This document shows, in pieces, positions 1 to 13,200 of a stretch of 64,000 nucleotides of DNA; position 1 is the stretch's first letter, and every line of letters starts with the position of its first letter. Both the position numbers and the translations under genes were made by a program. The DNA comes from Squalus acanthias (Eukaryota), in the NCBI GenBank assembly GCA_030390025.1, contig CM059432.1, positions 90,584,001-90,648,000 of the forward strand, read 5' to 3'. The notes beneath the pieces are model-generated. The model was not told where the DNA came from. It ran no database searches and saw only the letters and a program-made list of their open reading frames with translations.

Positions 1-1119
1 TCCACTATTCCATGGTCTATAATATACTCCCAATAGAGTAACCGCACCCATCATATTTCTTAACTGTAAATGAATACATTTAGCCTGTATCATTCCTATG
101 TTCAAGTGCTGTAATGGAATCATTGATTAACACTGCCCCCATTTGTATAGCTGTGAGAAATTGTTAAGCAGAGGGTGGGAACATGCATGCAGAAGAAGAA
201 ATAATTAAGTGTGCGGTCACTCTGGGGCACTTGTTCATATCTCCTAGTGGTATTGGTTGAAACCAGGAAGTCGGTCTTCAGGTCATCCATTTGGATGGTA
301 AAGATACTACTTCACTTTTCTCTTCATTGAACTTCATCTGCCATTTGTCTGACCACTCTGGTAACCTGTCTATGACCTCCTTAAATCATTTGCATTCTTC
401 CTCACAATTTGTCCTGTATCAGCAAACTGATATCATGCCTATATACCTATCTCCAAATCATGCCTATAAGTGGAAAATAAAAAGTCTTATAAATCCTTGT
501 TATATTACTGCACTCATTCTACCAATCTGATGAACCATACAATTACATTCCCTTTGGTAGCATTGTGCCTTAATTTTCATAACAAATCTCTTATGTAGCA
601 TCTCTTCATTTTTCTTAGGCCTAGATTTTGCTGTCGCAGGGCATCTAATGGCATCTGCCATTAGTGAGACTTGCTCTTGTATGTTTAGGTTTTAACATTT
701 TTTGCGTGGCAAGTTTCTGGAAGTGCAAGCTAATAATGTCGCAGCAAGGGAAAGTGGGCATCTGGGACCTGTATGAACAGGGAAAGCAACTGAGTATCTC
801 TTTAACCAATCAGATTGCAGGATTGTGAAATAAACAGCGCAAGGTCTGAGAAGGAATTGTAAATTAGAGTGGGTGAAATCAATGTCAAATCATGTACAGA
901 AATAGAAATAAAGAGAGGGAAATAAATATTGGATTAAGAAAGAAAAAGAGACAGAAAGGAAAAGTAAAACAAATTAACATTTAAAATTTTACATTTTTAA
1001 AATCTCCAACAATTAAAACCTGAAGGATTGAGACTCCACACATGTAATAGTTAATTATCAGTGCCAGAGAGGTTGATTGGCAGTAATTAACACTTATCAC
1101 GTCATTAAAAGGATACTTA

Positions 1120-1554
1120 GGGCTGGATTTTGAATGACCCATGGAGTCGGGTTTGGAGGCGTGTGGGGGTTAAATTTGCGGGGTCGGGGGTCCCGACCCC
1201 ATCCCGACTCCACGCAATTTTGACAGAATCAGTCGCGGGGTTCCCGACTCCGTCCCGCCTCCAAGAGGCGGGAGAGGCCATTAAAGCCCTTAATAAGACC
1301 TAAATTGGCTCTGTAATGCCATTTTGAAACGTTTCAGCTAGTTTAACCCTTTTCCGACGTGAAGTACGCCTGATGTGAAACACTCCAGTGAAACCTGGCG
1401 GGAGCACAAGTGGATAGCTGATAGTCAGCTGCAGGTGCACTATTACAACGGAGATGTGATGAAGGTAGTAGTAGTATTAGGTCTGAAAGTCGCCTCTGAT
1501 GCTGCTGCATTGAATGTCTTCAGAGACTGCATGGCCTTTGCTGTGTGAGGACTT

Positions 1555-1592
<38 letters not shown>

Positions 1593-1826
1593 TCCAGGTC
1601 CACTCACAGCAAGTCCCTGACCTGCAATGCAGCAGCAATGATAACATCATCAAAGGCGACTTTCAGACTTAAACCACTAATTAGTTCATGGTTTCCCACA
1701 TGCTGGAACTCAATTGCCCAATTAAGTGAAAAGTGCATCATTCATCCACATTAATCTAGAGTCGGAGGGGGAACACGAAATGCGGATGACACGACCCCAA
1801 CCCGACCCCAAGACAAAATCCAGCCC
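1120..1826. mobile_element. Harbinger-type MITE nested in the family A copy
   Basis: Perfect 13-bp TIR gggctggattttg/caaaatccagccc; TTA target duplication at 1117-1119 and 1827-1829; internal (CT)n. Confidence 0.85.
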
Positions 1827-1975
1827 TTAGACTTGAAATGACAAGACTAAACTTTCCGTAGTGAGTTTAGTTCGTATCTACAATAGCAAAATACTGCGGA
1901 TGCTGGAAATCTGAAATAACAGAAAACGCTGGAAAAACTCAGCAGGCCAGGCAGCATCCGTGGAGAGAGAAACAG

Positions 1976-2012
1976 AGTTAACGTTTCAGGTCGAAGACCT
2001 TTCGTCAGAACT
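1976..2012 (-). ncRNA. Minimal hammerhead ribozyme motif, family 1 (3' pseudo-LTR)
   Basis: Minus strand reads AGUU-CUGACGA-A-AGGUC-UUC-GACCU-GAAA-CG-UU-AACU: intact core, 5-bp stem II, stem I AGUU/AACU, palindromic ACGU helix III. Confidence 0.8.
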
Positions 2013-2324
2013 GGAAAAAAGCAGGAAATGGAACAGATTTTAAAGCAAGTTTGGGGGCTGGGAAATGGGGGAGGGGATGAAAGAACAAAAGGGAAGGTCA
2101 GTGATAGGATGGAAGGCAGGAGAAGTAAAGAGGCATTAAGAGATATTCAAGGCAAGAGGAGGTGGTAATGGGACATGTTAAGGAACAAAGGATGGCTCTA
2201 GATGAAGTGTGAATTGCGCTGGCAGAATGAAGAACTGCTGCCATGTGGGAGGAAAGAAAAAAAGGCACAAACAAAAAGTGTGGTTAAAATATATATATAT
2301 ATATATGTGTGATAGGGGCCGAGG

Positions 2325-5039
2325 TTATGATCTGAAATTGTTGAGTCCAGAGGGTTGTAGAGTGCCTAATCGAAAGATGAGGTGCTGTTCCTTGAGCTTA
2401 TGCTGAGCTTCCGTGCAACAATGCAAGAGGCCGAGGACGGTGAGGTCTGAGTGGGAATGGAGCGGAGAATTAAAGTGACAGGCCACCGGGAGCTCGGGGT
2501 CCTCCTTACGGACTGAACGGAGGTGTTCCGCAAAGCGGTCACCCAATCTGCGTTTGGTCTCCCCAATATAGAGGAGACCACATCGTGAGCAGCGAATACA
2601 GTTTACTAAATTGCAAGAAGTACAAGTAAATCGCTGTTTCACCTGGAAGGGATGTTTGGGGCCCTGGACAGTGGGAAGGGGGGAGGTATAAGGGCATGTG
2701 TTGCATCTCCTGCGCTTGCACGGGAAGGTGCCGGGCGAAGGGAAGGGGTGCTGGGGGTGGTAGAGGAGTGGACTAGGGTGTCACGGAGGGAGCGGTCCCT
2801 ACGGAATGCTGAAAGGGTAGGTGAGGGAAGATTTGTTTGGTGGTGGGATCACGCTGGAGGTGGTGGAAATGGCGGAGGATGATCCGTTGAATGTGGAGGC
2901 TGGTGGGGTGAAAGGTGAGGACAAGGTGAACTCTATCGTGGTTCCGGGAGGGAGGGGCAGGGGTGAGGGCAGAAGTGCAGGAGATAGAACGGACACGGTC
3001 GAGGGCCATGTCAACCACAGTAGAGGGGAATCCTCGGTTGAGGAAAAAGGAAGACATGTCGGAAGCACTGGTGTGGAAGGTGGCATCGTCAGCAGATGCG
3101 GCGGAGACGGAGAAACTGGGAGAATGGAATAGAGTCCTTACAGGAGGCGGGGTGGGAGGAAGTGTAGTCCAGGTAGCTGTGGGAGTCAGTGGGCTTGTAG
3201 TGAATGTTTGTCAATAACCTATCCCCAGAGATGGAGACGGAGAAGTCGAGGAAGGGAAGGGAAGAGTCGGAGATGGACCATGTGAAGGTGAGGGAAGGGT
3301 GGAAATTGGAAGCAAAGTGAATTAAATTTTCTGGTTCAGGATGAGAGCAGGAAACGGCACCGATACAGTCATCAATGTACCGGAAAAAGAGGTGAGGGAG
3401 GGGACCCGAGTAGGACTGGAACAAAGAGTGTTCCACATATCCCACGAAAAGGCAGGCATAGCTAGGACCCATGCGGGTACCCATAGCAACACCTTTGATT
3501 TGGAGGAAATGAGTGGAGTCAAAGGAGAAGTTGTTCAATGTGAGAACAAGTTCAGCCAGGCGGAGGAGGGTGGTGGTGGTTGGGCCTCTGTTCAAGGAAG
3601 AAGCGGGGCGCCGTCAGGCCATCCTGGAGGGGGATGGAGGTGTAGAGGGATTGTACATCCATAGTGAAAAGGAGGCAGTTGGGGCCAGGAAACTGTTAAA
3701 GTGACGGAGGGCGTCGGAAGAGTCGCGGATGTAGGTGGGAAGAGACTGGACAAGGGGAGAAAAAATAGAGTCGAGATAGGAAGAGATAAGTTCCGTGGGG
3801 CAAGAACAGGCTGAAACGATGGGTCTACCAGGGCAGTCCTGTTTGTGGATCTTGGGAAGGAGGTAGAAGCGGGCTGTGCGGGGTTGGGGAACTATGAGGT
3901 TGGCGGCTGTGAGGGGAAGATCTCCAGAGGAGATGAGGTCAGTGACAGTCTTGGAAACGGTGGCTTGATGTTCGGTTGTGGGGTCATGGTCCAGGTGGAG
4001 GTAGGAGGAGGTGTCGGAGAGTTGGCGTTCAGCTTCCGCCAGGTAGAGGTCGGTACGCCAAACAACAACAGCACCACCCTTGTCAGCAGGTTTAATGACA
4101 ATGTCGGGGTTGGATCTGAGAGAATGGAGTGCTGCAAGTTCAGAGGGAGGTAGGTTGGAGTGAGTGAGGGGAGCAGAGAAATGGAGAAGGCCGATATCAC
4201 GGCGGCAGTTTGCAATGAAAAGATCTAGAGAGGGTAAGAGGCCAGAGGGAGGGGTCCAGGTAGAACGAGAATTCTGAAAGCGGGAGAAAGGGTCAGCCGT
4301 GCGGGGGGAAGACTCCTGGCCAAAGAAGTGGGCACGGAGGCGAAAGCAGCGGAAAAAGAGCTCAGCATCGTGCCGAGCTCGAAATTCATTGAGGTGGGGG
4401 CGTAAGGGGATGAAGCTCAGGCCTTTGCTGAGGACTGATCGTTCGGGGTCAGAGAGGGGAAGGTCAGAGGGGATAGTGAAAACGCGGCAGGGGGCGAGAT
4501 TGGGAGAAGGGGGGTCAGAGGAAAGTGAAGGGGAAGAAGGTTCTGGAGGGGCATTGGTGTTCAAGAGTTGATGAAGCTTGCGATCCTTGACATCAGAAAG
4601 GAAGAAAAAAAGTTTTTTGTTGAAGCGTCGGATGAGTCGAAGGATGAAATGGAACTGTGGACCTGGACAGCTTTGAGAGAGTGCGTTGGTGCTGCTGAAG
4701 AGAAAGGTCGAGAGTGTTCATGTGACGCCGCATGGCATTGAGCGTGGATCTCAAGATGCGGCGAGAGCAGTAGTTCGAGGAACGATAAATATCTTGGAGA
4801 TATTTGTAATCCTGGGTGGATCCGAAACACGAAGGGTGGAAGTTTAGGTGGAATCCACGTGGAATAAGTCGGAACCGGAGACAGTTGCTGAGGAAAGTAA
4901 TGTGGCTGTGAAACCGAGTCTTGGCAGATACCTGATCAAACACGAGAAGGGAAACTGAAAGCAATGAAGATGAACAAGGTTGAAGAGACAAATGGAAATC
5001 TCGTCGGAGAGAAGTGCAGAACTTCTTCAAGGTGGGCAT
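2325..5039 (-). pseudogene. Frameshifted Penelope polyprotein: RT + Cys-rich linker + GIY-YIG endonuclease
   Basis: Motifs IKPADKGGAVVV, FYLLPKIHK..PGRPIVS, GVAMGTRMGPSYA, RYIDD, LPFLD, YKPTDSH; CKRRRCNTC at ~2693-2720; IRCSRCGLLYIGETKRRLGDRFAEH and TLQPSGLN. Split over several frames. Confidence 0.93.
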
Positions 5040-5174
5040 TCCTAGAAAAGAGGTGGCAGTGAACCAAACACTAATACAATAGCAAAACACTGCGGATGCT
5101 GGAAATCTGAAATAACAACAGAAAACCCTGGAAAAACTCAGCAGGCCAGGCAGCATCCGTGGAGAGAGAAACAG

Positions 5175-5211
5175 AGTTAACGTTTCAGGTCGAAGACCTT
5201 TCGTCAGTACT
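5175..5211 (-). ncRNA. Minimal hammerhead ribozyme motif, family 1 (5' pseudo-LTR)
   Basis: Same core as 1976-2012; one substitution in stem I (AGUA instead of AGUU). Confidence 0.7.
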
Positions 5212-6597
5212 GGAAAAAAGCAGGAAATGGAACAGATTTTAAAGCAAGTTTAGGGGCTGCGAAATGGGGGAGGGGATGAAAGAACAAAAGGGAAGGTCAG
5301 TGATAGGATGGAAGGCAGGAGAAGTAAAGAGGCATTAAGAGATATTCAAGGCAAGAGGAGCTGGTAATGGGACAGGTTAAGGAACAAAGGATGGCTCTAG
5401 ATGAAGTGTGAATTGCGCTGGCAGAATGAAGGACAGTTAGTATCTACCGTGCAAGTATAGGATCTTCACGCTGCTCAATGCATTTGAATGGGGAGCCAGA
5501 CAGCGAGATGTGTTTTCGCGAAGCTAACGAAGCAACTTGGACAGCAACTTTTGGATATTCGCCATTAACCGCACATCTGCCCTGAAGTTGTTGAACCATT
5601 TGCGTATAAGTAATGTCGTTAGCCTCACTCTTATTTTGAGAGCAAAATCTGTCCCTTTATCTTTTATTGCTCATGTACATGTTCAGCTCCTTAGCTGCGG
5701 TGTGTTGCCCATGCCCAAATTCAGTATTTTTCTTTCTCCTTTCCTTACTCTCCAACGAGAGAAAACAAAGGAATACTGTTGCAAAGTAGAGCTATCCTGT
5801 AAATAGGTGTTTTATATTTTAATGGATTCCTTTCACTTGTACTAAGGCTGCTGGAATAGCAGCACTCTCTCGTTGAAGAGCAAAAAGGAAAGGGAGTAAC
5901 AGTGAAAACCCATCATCAGCAACAACCAAACAGAGTGGGAATACAGAGAGAAACACATGGAGGAGCAGGTCAAGAGTGGGTGAGGTAGATTGTAAGATGC
6001 TGTGAGCTGTGTTATGAATACTGATGGGATTGTGAAATGAGAATTATCTGTGGTGTAGTTGGATGACTAGACACTGCATATCTATTGCCAGATTAAAATG
6101 TTGCATGGTGTATTAAGTTTTTACTTGGTGACAGGAATGTTGCTATCATTAGCCGATTTTACTGGAGTATCTTTAATGAGCCAAATATGTGCATATGTTA
6201 AAATACTTGAATTATTAACAGACAATAAGTCATTCACTTTTATTATTTTAATGTTTTACTATGATATTTGTTGACAAACAATGACTTAATTAATCATTAT
6301 TATTCACCAAATTATGATGGTCAATTTTACCTGTTTCTGCTTTCATAATTAGCTTAAATCTGAACTCAAGTTTTAGTTCTAGCAATACAATATTTTAGTC
6401 ATGTTAATTATTGTAGGTGAGGTATTATTTGTGATTTAAACATTAATAGAGACAGCTTGTAATTGGCTTCTTTCATACGTTTAAAATAGTTCATTAATTG
6501 GCTATAGTTGCAATAAACGTATAGCTTACCAAACGCAAATTTGCGTGTCTTCTTCATAAGATCATTACACACTAAAACATTTGTTTCCTAATTAAAG

Positions 6598-6750
6598 GTT
6601 CAAAAGAAGAAAGTTACTGAACTGAAAGATCAAATGAAACAACTTCAACAGCAATACAATGAAAAGGTGGAGGACAATGGACGCTTACAAGCCCGACTTG
6701 AAGCTTGGATGATCACTGCGCAAAGTGAACAAGATATCCTTTCAAATGAG
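6598..6750 (+). CDS. Internal exon A of a long coiled-coil protein gene (VQKKKVTELKDQMKQLQQQYNEKVEDNGRLQARLEAWMITAQSEQDILSNE)
   Basis: Acceptor ...ttcctaattaaag and donor GAG|gtaatt; 153 nt, phase 0/0, no stops, heptad-like Q/E/K/L pattern in non-repetitive AT-rich flanks. Confidence 0.85.
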
Positions 6751-6832
6751 GTAATTTCTTGAATTTTTAATAAATATTCAGACAAATGTATCTGAAGTTA
6801 ATTTTTATCATTTTATATTTATAAATCTATAG

Positions 6833-6916
6833 GTCTTTTGTAAGGAGGACATAATCCATAAACTACGAATGAAGCAACTAGGTCAAGATGAAAAATGTAA
6901 TATAGCAGAAGAACAG
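6833..6916 (+). CDS. Internal exon B (VFCKEDIIHKLRMKQLGQDEKCNIAEEQ), followed by a GC donor
   Basis: Acceptor ...aaatctatag after an 82-nt intron; ends CAG|gcaagt; 84 nt keeps frame with exons A and C. Confidence 0.75.
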
Positions 6917-7215
6917 GCAAGTTTCTTAAATTTTGTTTGGTGTTGATATAGCTTGTCATGCAAACAATTTTAATAATTGAAACTATTTTCAATCTTAAAA
7001 TAATTACATCAAATTCAATAGACTTTATTAAATTCTAAACTGCTTTTATGCTATAAATGCAAACTTATACATCCCAAACAAATGCCAGCTTATGTTTATG
7101 TGTTGTACCAATATATACTCCCCCAATATTTTTCCTCATCTAGCAGCCTTCACTTATTCAAGAGAAAGTATTGGCTATCAATGGAGAGAACCATTATGGT
7201 CATAATAGTTTTAAT

Positions 7216-7976
7216 GACCCTGAATTTCCGATCGGAGGCTTCCTGCGTGCGGATGCCTCCGATCGGAAAAAATCGACGCACTTACCTGCTGGCCCGGTAG
7301 GTCCCGAGACTTTCGCTCCTGGGCCTCACCACTACGAAATGCGCAGAGACCCAGGTATCCCAGGGGCGCATGCGGTTCGCAATCACCCCTGGGATCACGT
7401 GGGGCATGGGGAACCAATCAAAGAAGGGAATCCCCCTTCACACTTTTGACAGGTCTCTACGCACAGAACTGTCAAAAGTATGAATGGGGATCACATTTAA
7501 AAACACAGTTAAACATTAAATAATTCACGTATTTAAAATTAGTTAAAATTACATTAAATTACATATTTTAAACAAAAATTTAATTTTTTGAAAAAAATAA
7601 TTAAAGTTTTTTATGGGGCTAAAAATAAACTTACCATTTTTAAAAGTATTTTTAAATTATAAACGAGTGGAAAAAAATGTATTTTATTTATTTTTTTAAA
7701 CTCTTATGCTGGAAAAAGCTGGCCTTACGCCTGCTTTTACCAGGTGTAAGATTTTTTAAGGTTTTCAGCGGGCGGAAGTTGTGCAGAAAGCGGAACTCTC
7801 CACCTGCGGAGGCCCTCCTCCCGGGCAGGCGGATGATCTGTCAAGAGGATTCTTGACAGATCGCAAGTGCCGGGTTTCATCGCGTGCACTTTGCATGCCT
7901 GAAACTGGCACTTGCGCGGCCCCTACGGGTGTGTACACACCTCGTACGAACCTGTGGGGGTCGGAAAATCCGGCCC
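7216..7976. mobile_element. Harbinger-type MITE, family C
   Basis: Imperfect TIR gaccctgaatttccga/tcggaaaatccggccc; AAT duplication; GC-rich arms with AT-rich core; similar to 16942, 48430 and 63115 copies. Confidence 0.8.
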
Positions 7977-8434
7977 AATACTTTTTGACACTGACCCCAA
8001 GATGGCACCGTATTGTTTTCCCTTCCCAGAATCTATTAAGTGCCTCCCATGATGTGATGCATCAGTTCTTTTCTCCATTGTCAGGAGTGCAAGAAAGGGA
8101 AAAAGATCAAAAGGAGGATGAAGTAGAAAGAATTAAATTGACAGAAAATTTGAGTCGGGATTGACAGGCATGTATGTGAATGCACAAAACATTTAAAAAC
8201 TCTTTTTTCAGATGAAAGCAATGTTCCCTCTAATTGTTTTTTTCGTGCGTGGTCCCTTCCCAGCAGCAACAGCTTGTGAGCAGCCTGTGCAGGACCTCTG
8301 GATTGATGCGCAGCCGAGCACACGCGCACCTTAGGGGAAAGTTGGTTAGAAGCATTAATTACCATGGAAGGGTTTGACATAGCAGCTATAACACAGTCGT
8401 GGTTGATGTTAGGGCAGGACTGGTAACTTAATAT

Positions 8435-8655
8435 AGAAACAGGAAATGCTGGAAACACTCAGCAGGTCAGTCAGCATCTGTGGAGAGAGAAACAGAGTTA
8501 ATGTTTCAGGTCAATGACCTTTCGTCAGAACTGGAAAAAGTTAGAGATATAACAGATTTTAAGCAAGTGCAGAGGCAAGGAAAGGGGGGAGAGGGAAGGA
8601 AAGAACAAAAGGGAAGGTCTGTGATAGGATGGAAGGCAGGAGATATAACTTAATA
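8435..8655 (-). mobile_element. Solo Penelope pseudo-LTR fragment with hammerhead motif (~8496-8532; helix III mutated to ACAU)
   Basis: Similar to 1920-2125; 16-bp TSD actggtaacttaatat at 8419-8434 and 8656-8671; inserted in an old CR1 endonuclease remnant. Confidence 0.85.
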
Positions 8656-8934
8656 ACTGGTAACTTAATATTCCTAGTGATGACATTTTCAGAAGAGATA
8701 GGAGAGAAAAAGTGAATGGCAGTAGTAATTCTGTTGGTTGTGTTGGGACAGTGTCTACACGGATAGGGTTAAGAATAGGAAGGAAACTGGTACAGCAAAC
8801 AGCGAAGATGAAACACGGCAGGTTGGAGGAGCTTTGTAGACAATAAGAACAATAGGGAAGTAACATTGTTTTTTTTTAACTATTCCAAGATAGACTGGAA
8901 TAAAGGAATGCATGTGGTCATACTGAGGATCAAT

Positions 8935-9561
8935 GGGGTAGATTTTTGTCTGGGCTCGCTTTTGGGACCAGACTCTGTGCTGCGGAGGCAGCACGCGCCC
9001 GAATCAAGAGTTCCGACGATCTCAGGAATTGGTCCTCGGACCTCAATTAGATATTCAGGGCAAGCTGCCAGCGCCTGTCGCGCCTCCCCAGGCAACTTTT
9101 CCCTCGAGAAAAATCAATTTCGGGCTGCCTGCTTCGCCGACAGTGGCCCTCAAGTAAATTCCGGGAGGCATGTTGGAGTGGGCAAAGCGATGGGCGGGCG
9201 GTGGGTAGTGATTGACATGACTATAGAATCAGCAGGAGCACTCCTGCTCATCCTGTCCATAGAAAGGTTTTAAACATTTTTTTAATTAAAACTTACCTTT
9301 AGTTGGCAGTTGCAGGGCCCGTTGTAGAATCCAAGCAGGATAGGTGTTGGGAAATTTTTTACATAGGTGTTCTTCAACAGGCGTTAGGTCCTTAATCAAA
9401 ATATTCAAGGGACTTTTCGCCTGTTTTAGGCGTCCACCTTGGATGCCAAAAAATGGGCCCTGCATTTTTAGCAGTGGGATCAACACCTGCGCAGATTGAT
9501 AAATTGGTATGCTTTGCGCCCGTTTTATATCCGAAAAATGGGCACACACAATATCTACCCC
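8935..9561. mobile_element. Harbinger-type MITE
   Basis: TIR ggggtagatttt / aatatctacccc; flanks aat/agt. Confidence 0.65.
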
Positions 9562-10299
9562 AGTGTGTTTCTAGTCCAACAAGGAAAGAATTATTAAAAA
9601 TAAAAGCAGAAAATGCTGGAAATACTCAGCAGGCCAGGCAGCATCTGTGGAGAAACAGTTAATGGCCGGAATTTTTCTCACCTCGGCGGGTCCAGGGCAG
9701 GTGATGTCGGTGGCGGGTCGCGGCCCTGCTGCTTGCTCCCTCGTGCTCTGGAAAATGAATTTACGTTGATGGGGCTTGTTAAGCCTGCCCAGCGCGTTTC
9801 CCAGCCCAATTAGAGGAAGTGGGTCTGGTGACGTCATTTATGACGCGGCATCAGCCAATTTCCTTAAAGAGACCATGGTCAACTTTTTTTTGACAGTTAT
9901 GCTGTCAGTGTTCTGCAGCATTGAAGTGCTGCAAACACTGACAATGACTGCACAGAGGCAGAGGGCTGCACCCAGGTTCTCCCATATGCTTATGGAGGGA
10001 GTCACAGCACACAGGGAGGTCCTCTTCCCTTCTGATGGGTGGAAGAGACCTCTCCAGGAGAACAAAATGGCCTGGTTGCACATTGCACAGGAGGGCACAA
10101 GCAAGGAGGTGGTCAGGAGGACCTGGCTGCAGTGGCGCAAACCTTTCAATTATCTCATTAGATCACGAAACATTAGTACAAAGCCACACTCAACCTCATG
10201 CTGCTGTGCCTCTCATCACGTCCCCATCACTCTGCCTTCCCTACCCTACTCCTGCACATCTTTACTCACACCAACTTACCTTGCACCTCCACCCATTCC

Positions 10300-13200
10300 C
10301 ATAGCCTTGCAAATTTTTTTCCTTCAGGTACTTATCCAATTCCCTTTTGAAAGCCATGATTGAGTTGGCCTCCACCACCCTTTCAGCAGTGCATTCCAGA
10401 TCCTAACCACTCGCTACATAAAAATGTTTTTCCTGATGTCGCCTTTGGTTCTTCTGCCAGCACCTTAAATTTGTGTCCTCTGGTTCTCGACTCTTCTGCC
10501 AATGGGAACAGTTTCTCTCTATCTACTCTGTCTAGACCCCTCATGATTTTGAACACCTCTATAAAATCTCCTCTCAACCTTCTCTGCTCTAAGGAGAACA
10601 ACCCCAGCTTCTCCAGTCTATCCACGTAACTGAAGTCCCTCATTCCTGGAATCACTCTTGTAAATTTTTTTCTGCACCCTCTCTAAGGCCTTCACATCCT
10701 TCCTAAAGTGCGGTGCCCAAAATTGGACACAATACTCCGGTTGAGGCCGAACCAGTGTTTTATAAAGGTTCATCATAACTTCCTTGCTTTTGTACCCTAT
10801 GCCTCTATATATGAAGCCCAGGATCCCGTATGCTTTTTTAAGCGCTTTCTCAACCTGCCCTGCCACCTTCAACGATTTGTGCACATATACCCCCAGGTCT
10901 CTCTGTTCATACACCCCCTTTAGAATTGTACCCTTTAATTTATATTGCCTCTCCTCGTTCTTCCTACCAAAATGTATCACTTCGCACTTTTCTGCGTTAA
11001 ATTTCATCTGCCACGTGTCCACCCATTCCACCAGCATGTCTATGTCCTCTTAAAGTCTATCACTATCCTCCTCACTGTTCACTATACTTCCAAGTTTAGT
11101 GTCATCTGTAAATTTTGAAATTGTGCCCTGTACACCCAAGTCCAAGTCATTAATATATATCAAGAAATGCAATGGTCCTAATACCGACCCCTGGGGAACA
11201 GCACTGTATACCTTCCTCCAGTCCGAAAAACAACCGTTCACCACTACTCTGTTTCCTGTCATTTAACCAATTTCGTATCCATGCTGCCACTGTCCCTTTT
11301 ATTCCATGGGCTTCTACTTTGCTGGCAAGCCTATTATGTGGCACTTTGTCGAACGCCTTTTGGAAGTCCAAGTACACCACATCAACCACATTGTCCTCAT
11401 CAATTCTCTATTACCTCATCAAAAAACTCAATCAAGTTAGTTAAACACGATTTGCTTTTAACAAATCCGTGCTGGCTTTCCTTAATTAATCCACACTTGT
11501 CCAAGTGACTGTTAATTTTGTCACGGATTATCGTGTCTAAAAGCTTCCCCACTACCAAGATTAAACTGCCTGGCGTGTAGTTGCTGGGTTTATCCTTACA
11601 CCTTTTTTGAACAAGGGTGTAACATTTGCAATTCTCCAGTCTTCTGGCACCACCCCCGTATCTAAGGAGGATTTGAAGATTATGGCCAGTACCTCCGCAA
11701 TTTCCACCTTTACTTCCCTCAGCATCCTCAGATGTATCCCATCCGATCCTGGTGACTTATCTACTTTAAGTACAGCCAGCCTGTCTAGTACCTCCTCTTT
11801 ATCAATTTTTATCCCATCCAGAATCTCAACTACCTCCTCTTTTACCATGACTTTGGCAGCATCTCCTTCCTTGGTAAAGACAGGTGCAAAAGTACTCATT
11901 TAGTACTTCAGCCATGCCCTCTGCCTCCATGTGTAGGTCTCCATTTTGGTCCCTAATCAGACCCACCCCTCTTCTTACTACCCATTTACTATTTATATGC
12001 CGATAGAAGACTTTTGGATTCCCTGTTATGTTAGCTGCTAATCTATTCTCATACTCTCTCTTTGCCCCTCTTATTTCCTTTTTCACTTCCCTTCTGAACT
12101 TTCTATATTCAGCTTGGTTCTCACTTGTATTCTCAACCTGACATCCTCTTTCTCTTTTGTCATCCAGGGAGCTCTGGCTTTGGTTGCTCTACCTTTCCTC
12201 CTCGTGGGAATGTACCTCGACTGTACCCAAATCATCTCCTCTTTAAAGGCAGCCCATTGTTCGATTACAGTTTTGCCTGCCAATCTTTGATTCCAATTTA
12301 CCCGTGCCAGATCCATTCTCAACTCACTGAAATCGGCCTTCCTCCAATTAAGTATTTTTTCTCTAGATTGCTCCCTGTCCTTTTCCATAGCTAATCTAAA
12401 CCTTATGATACTATGATCACTTTTCCCTAAATGTTCCCCAAGTGACACATACTCTACTTGACCCACCTCATTCCCCAGAACCAGATCCAGCAATGCCTCT
12501 TCCTCGTTGGGTCGGAAACATACTGATCAAGAAAGTTCTCCTGAACACACTTCAGAAATTCTTCTCCCTCTCTGCCCTTTACACTATTACTGTCCCAGTC
12601 TATATTAGGATAGTTGAAGTCCCCCATTATCACTACTCTATAGTTCTTGCACCTCTCTGTAATTTGCTCCTCTATATCATTCCCACTAGTTGGTGGCCTA
12701 TAGAATACACCTAGTAGTGTAATGGCATCTCTATTATTTCTCAACTCTAACCAAATAGATTCTGTCCTTGACCCCTCCAAGACATCCTCTCTCTCCAGCA
12801 CTGTAATATTCTCCTTAATCAATACTTCCACCCCACCTCCTTTCTTTCCTTCCCTATCTTTCCTGAACACCTTCTATCCAGGAATATTTAGTACCCAATC
12901 CTGCCCTTGTTTGAGCCAGGAATATTTAGTACCCAATCCTGCCCTTGTTTGAGCCAGGTCTCCGTTATCGCCACAACACTGGCACAGTTTTAAAGAGTGT
13001 GCAAGGACAGAGGGACCTGGGAGTTAATCTGCATAGGTCCCTGAAGGTGGCGGGACATATTGAGAGAGTGGTTAGCAAAGCATATGGGATCTTGGGCTTC
13101 ATAAATTGAGTACAGAAGTAGAGAAGTTATGCTGATCCTTTATAAAGCGCTGGTTAGGCCACAACTGGAGTATTGCGTCCAGTTCTGGTCACCACACTTT

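Larger units (their letters stand above)
1882..5434 (-). mobile_element. Near full-length Penelope-like retroelement (Neptune-type) with direct-repeat pseudo-LTRs
   Basis: About 350-bp direct repeats at ~1882-2231 and ~5078-5434 flank an RT/GIY-YIG ORF; flanking duplication agttcgtatctac (1869-1881) / agttagtatctac (5435-5447). Confidence 0.92.
618..5655. mobile_element. Harbinger-type MITE, family A; hosts two nested insertions
   Basis: Ends ggcctagattttgct ... agcaaaatctgtccc; internal sequence colinear with the copies at 44645-46730 and 52447-53772 (reverse). Confidence 0.7.

Noticed and set aside
1882..5434. LTR retrotransposon or endogenous retrovirus
   Set aside because: No gag, protease, integrase, PBS or TG..CA ends; RT plus GIY-YIG identifies a Penelope-like element
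5860..5979. Possible extra host exon (QHSLVEEQKGKGVTVK...QEW|gtgagg)
   Set aside because: Weak acceptor and composition unlike the coiled-coil exons; cannot be supported without transcripts
12878..12958. 38-bp direct repeat as a target-site duplication
   Set aside because: The copies are adjacent with nothing between them; it is a local tandem duplication inside the CR1 endonuclease region
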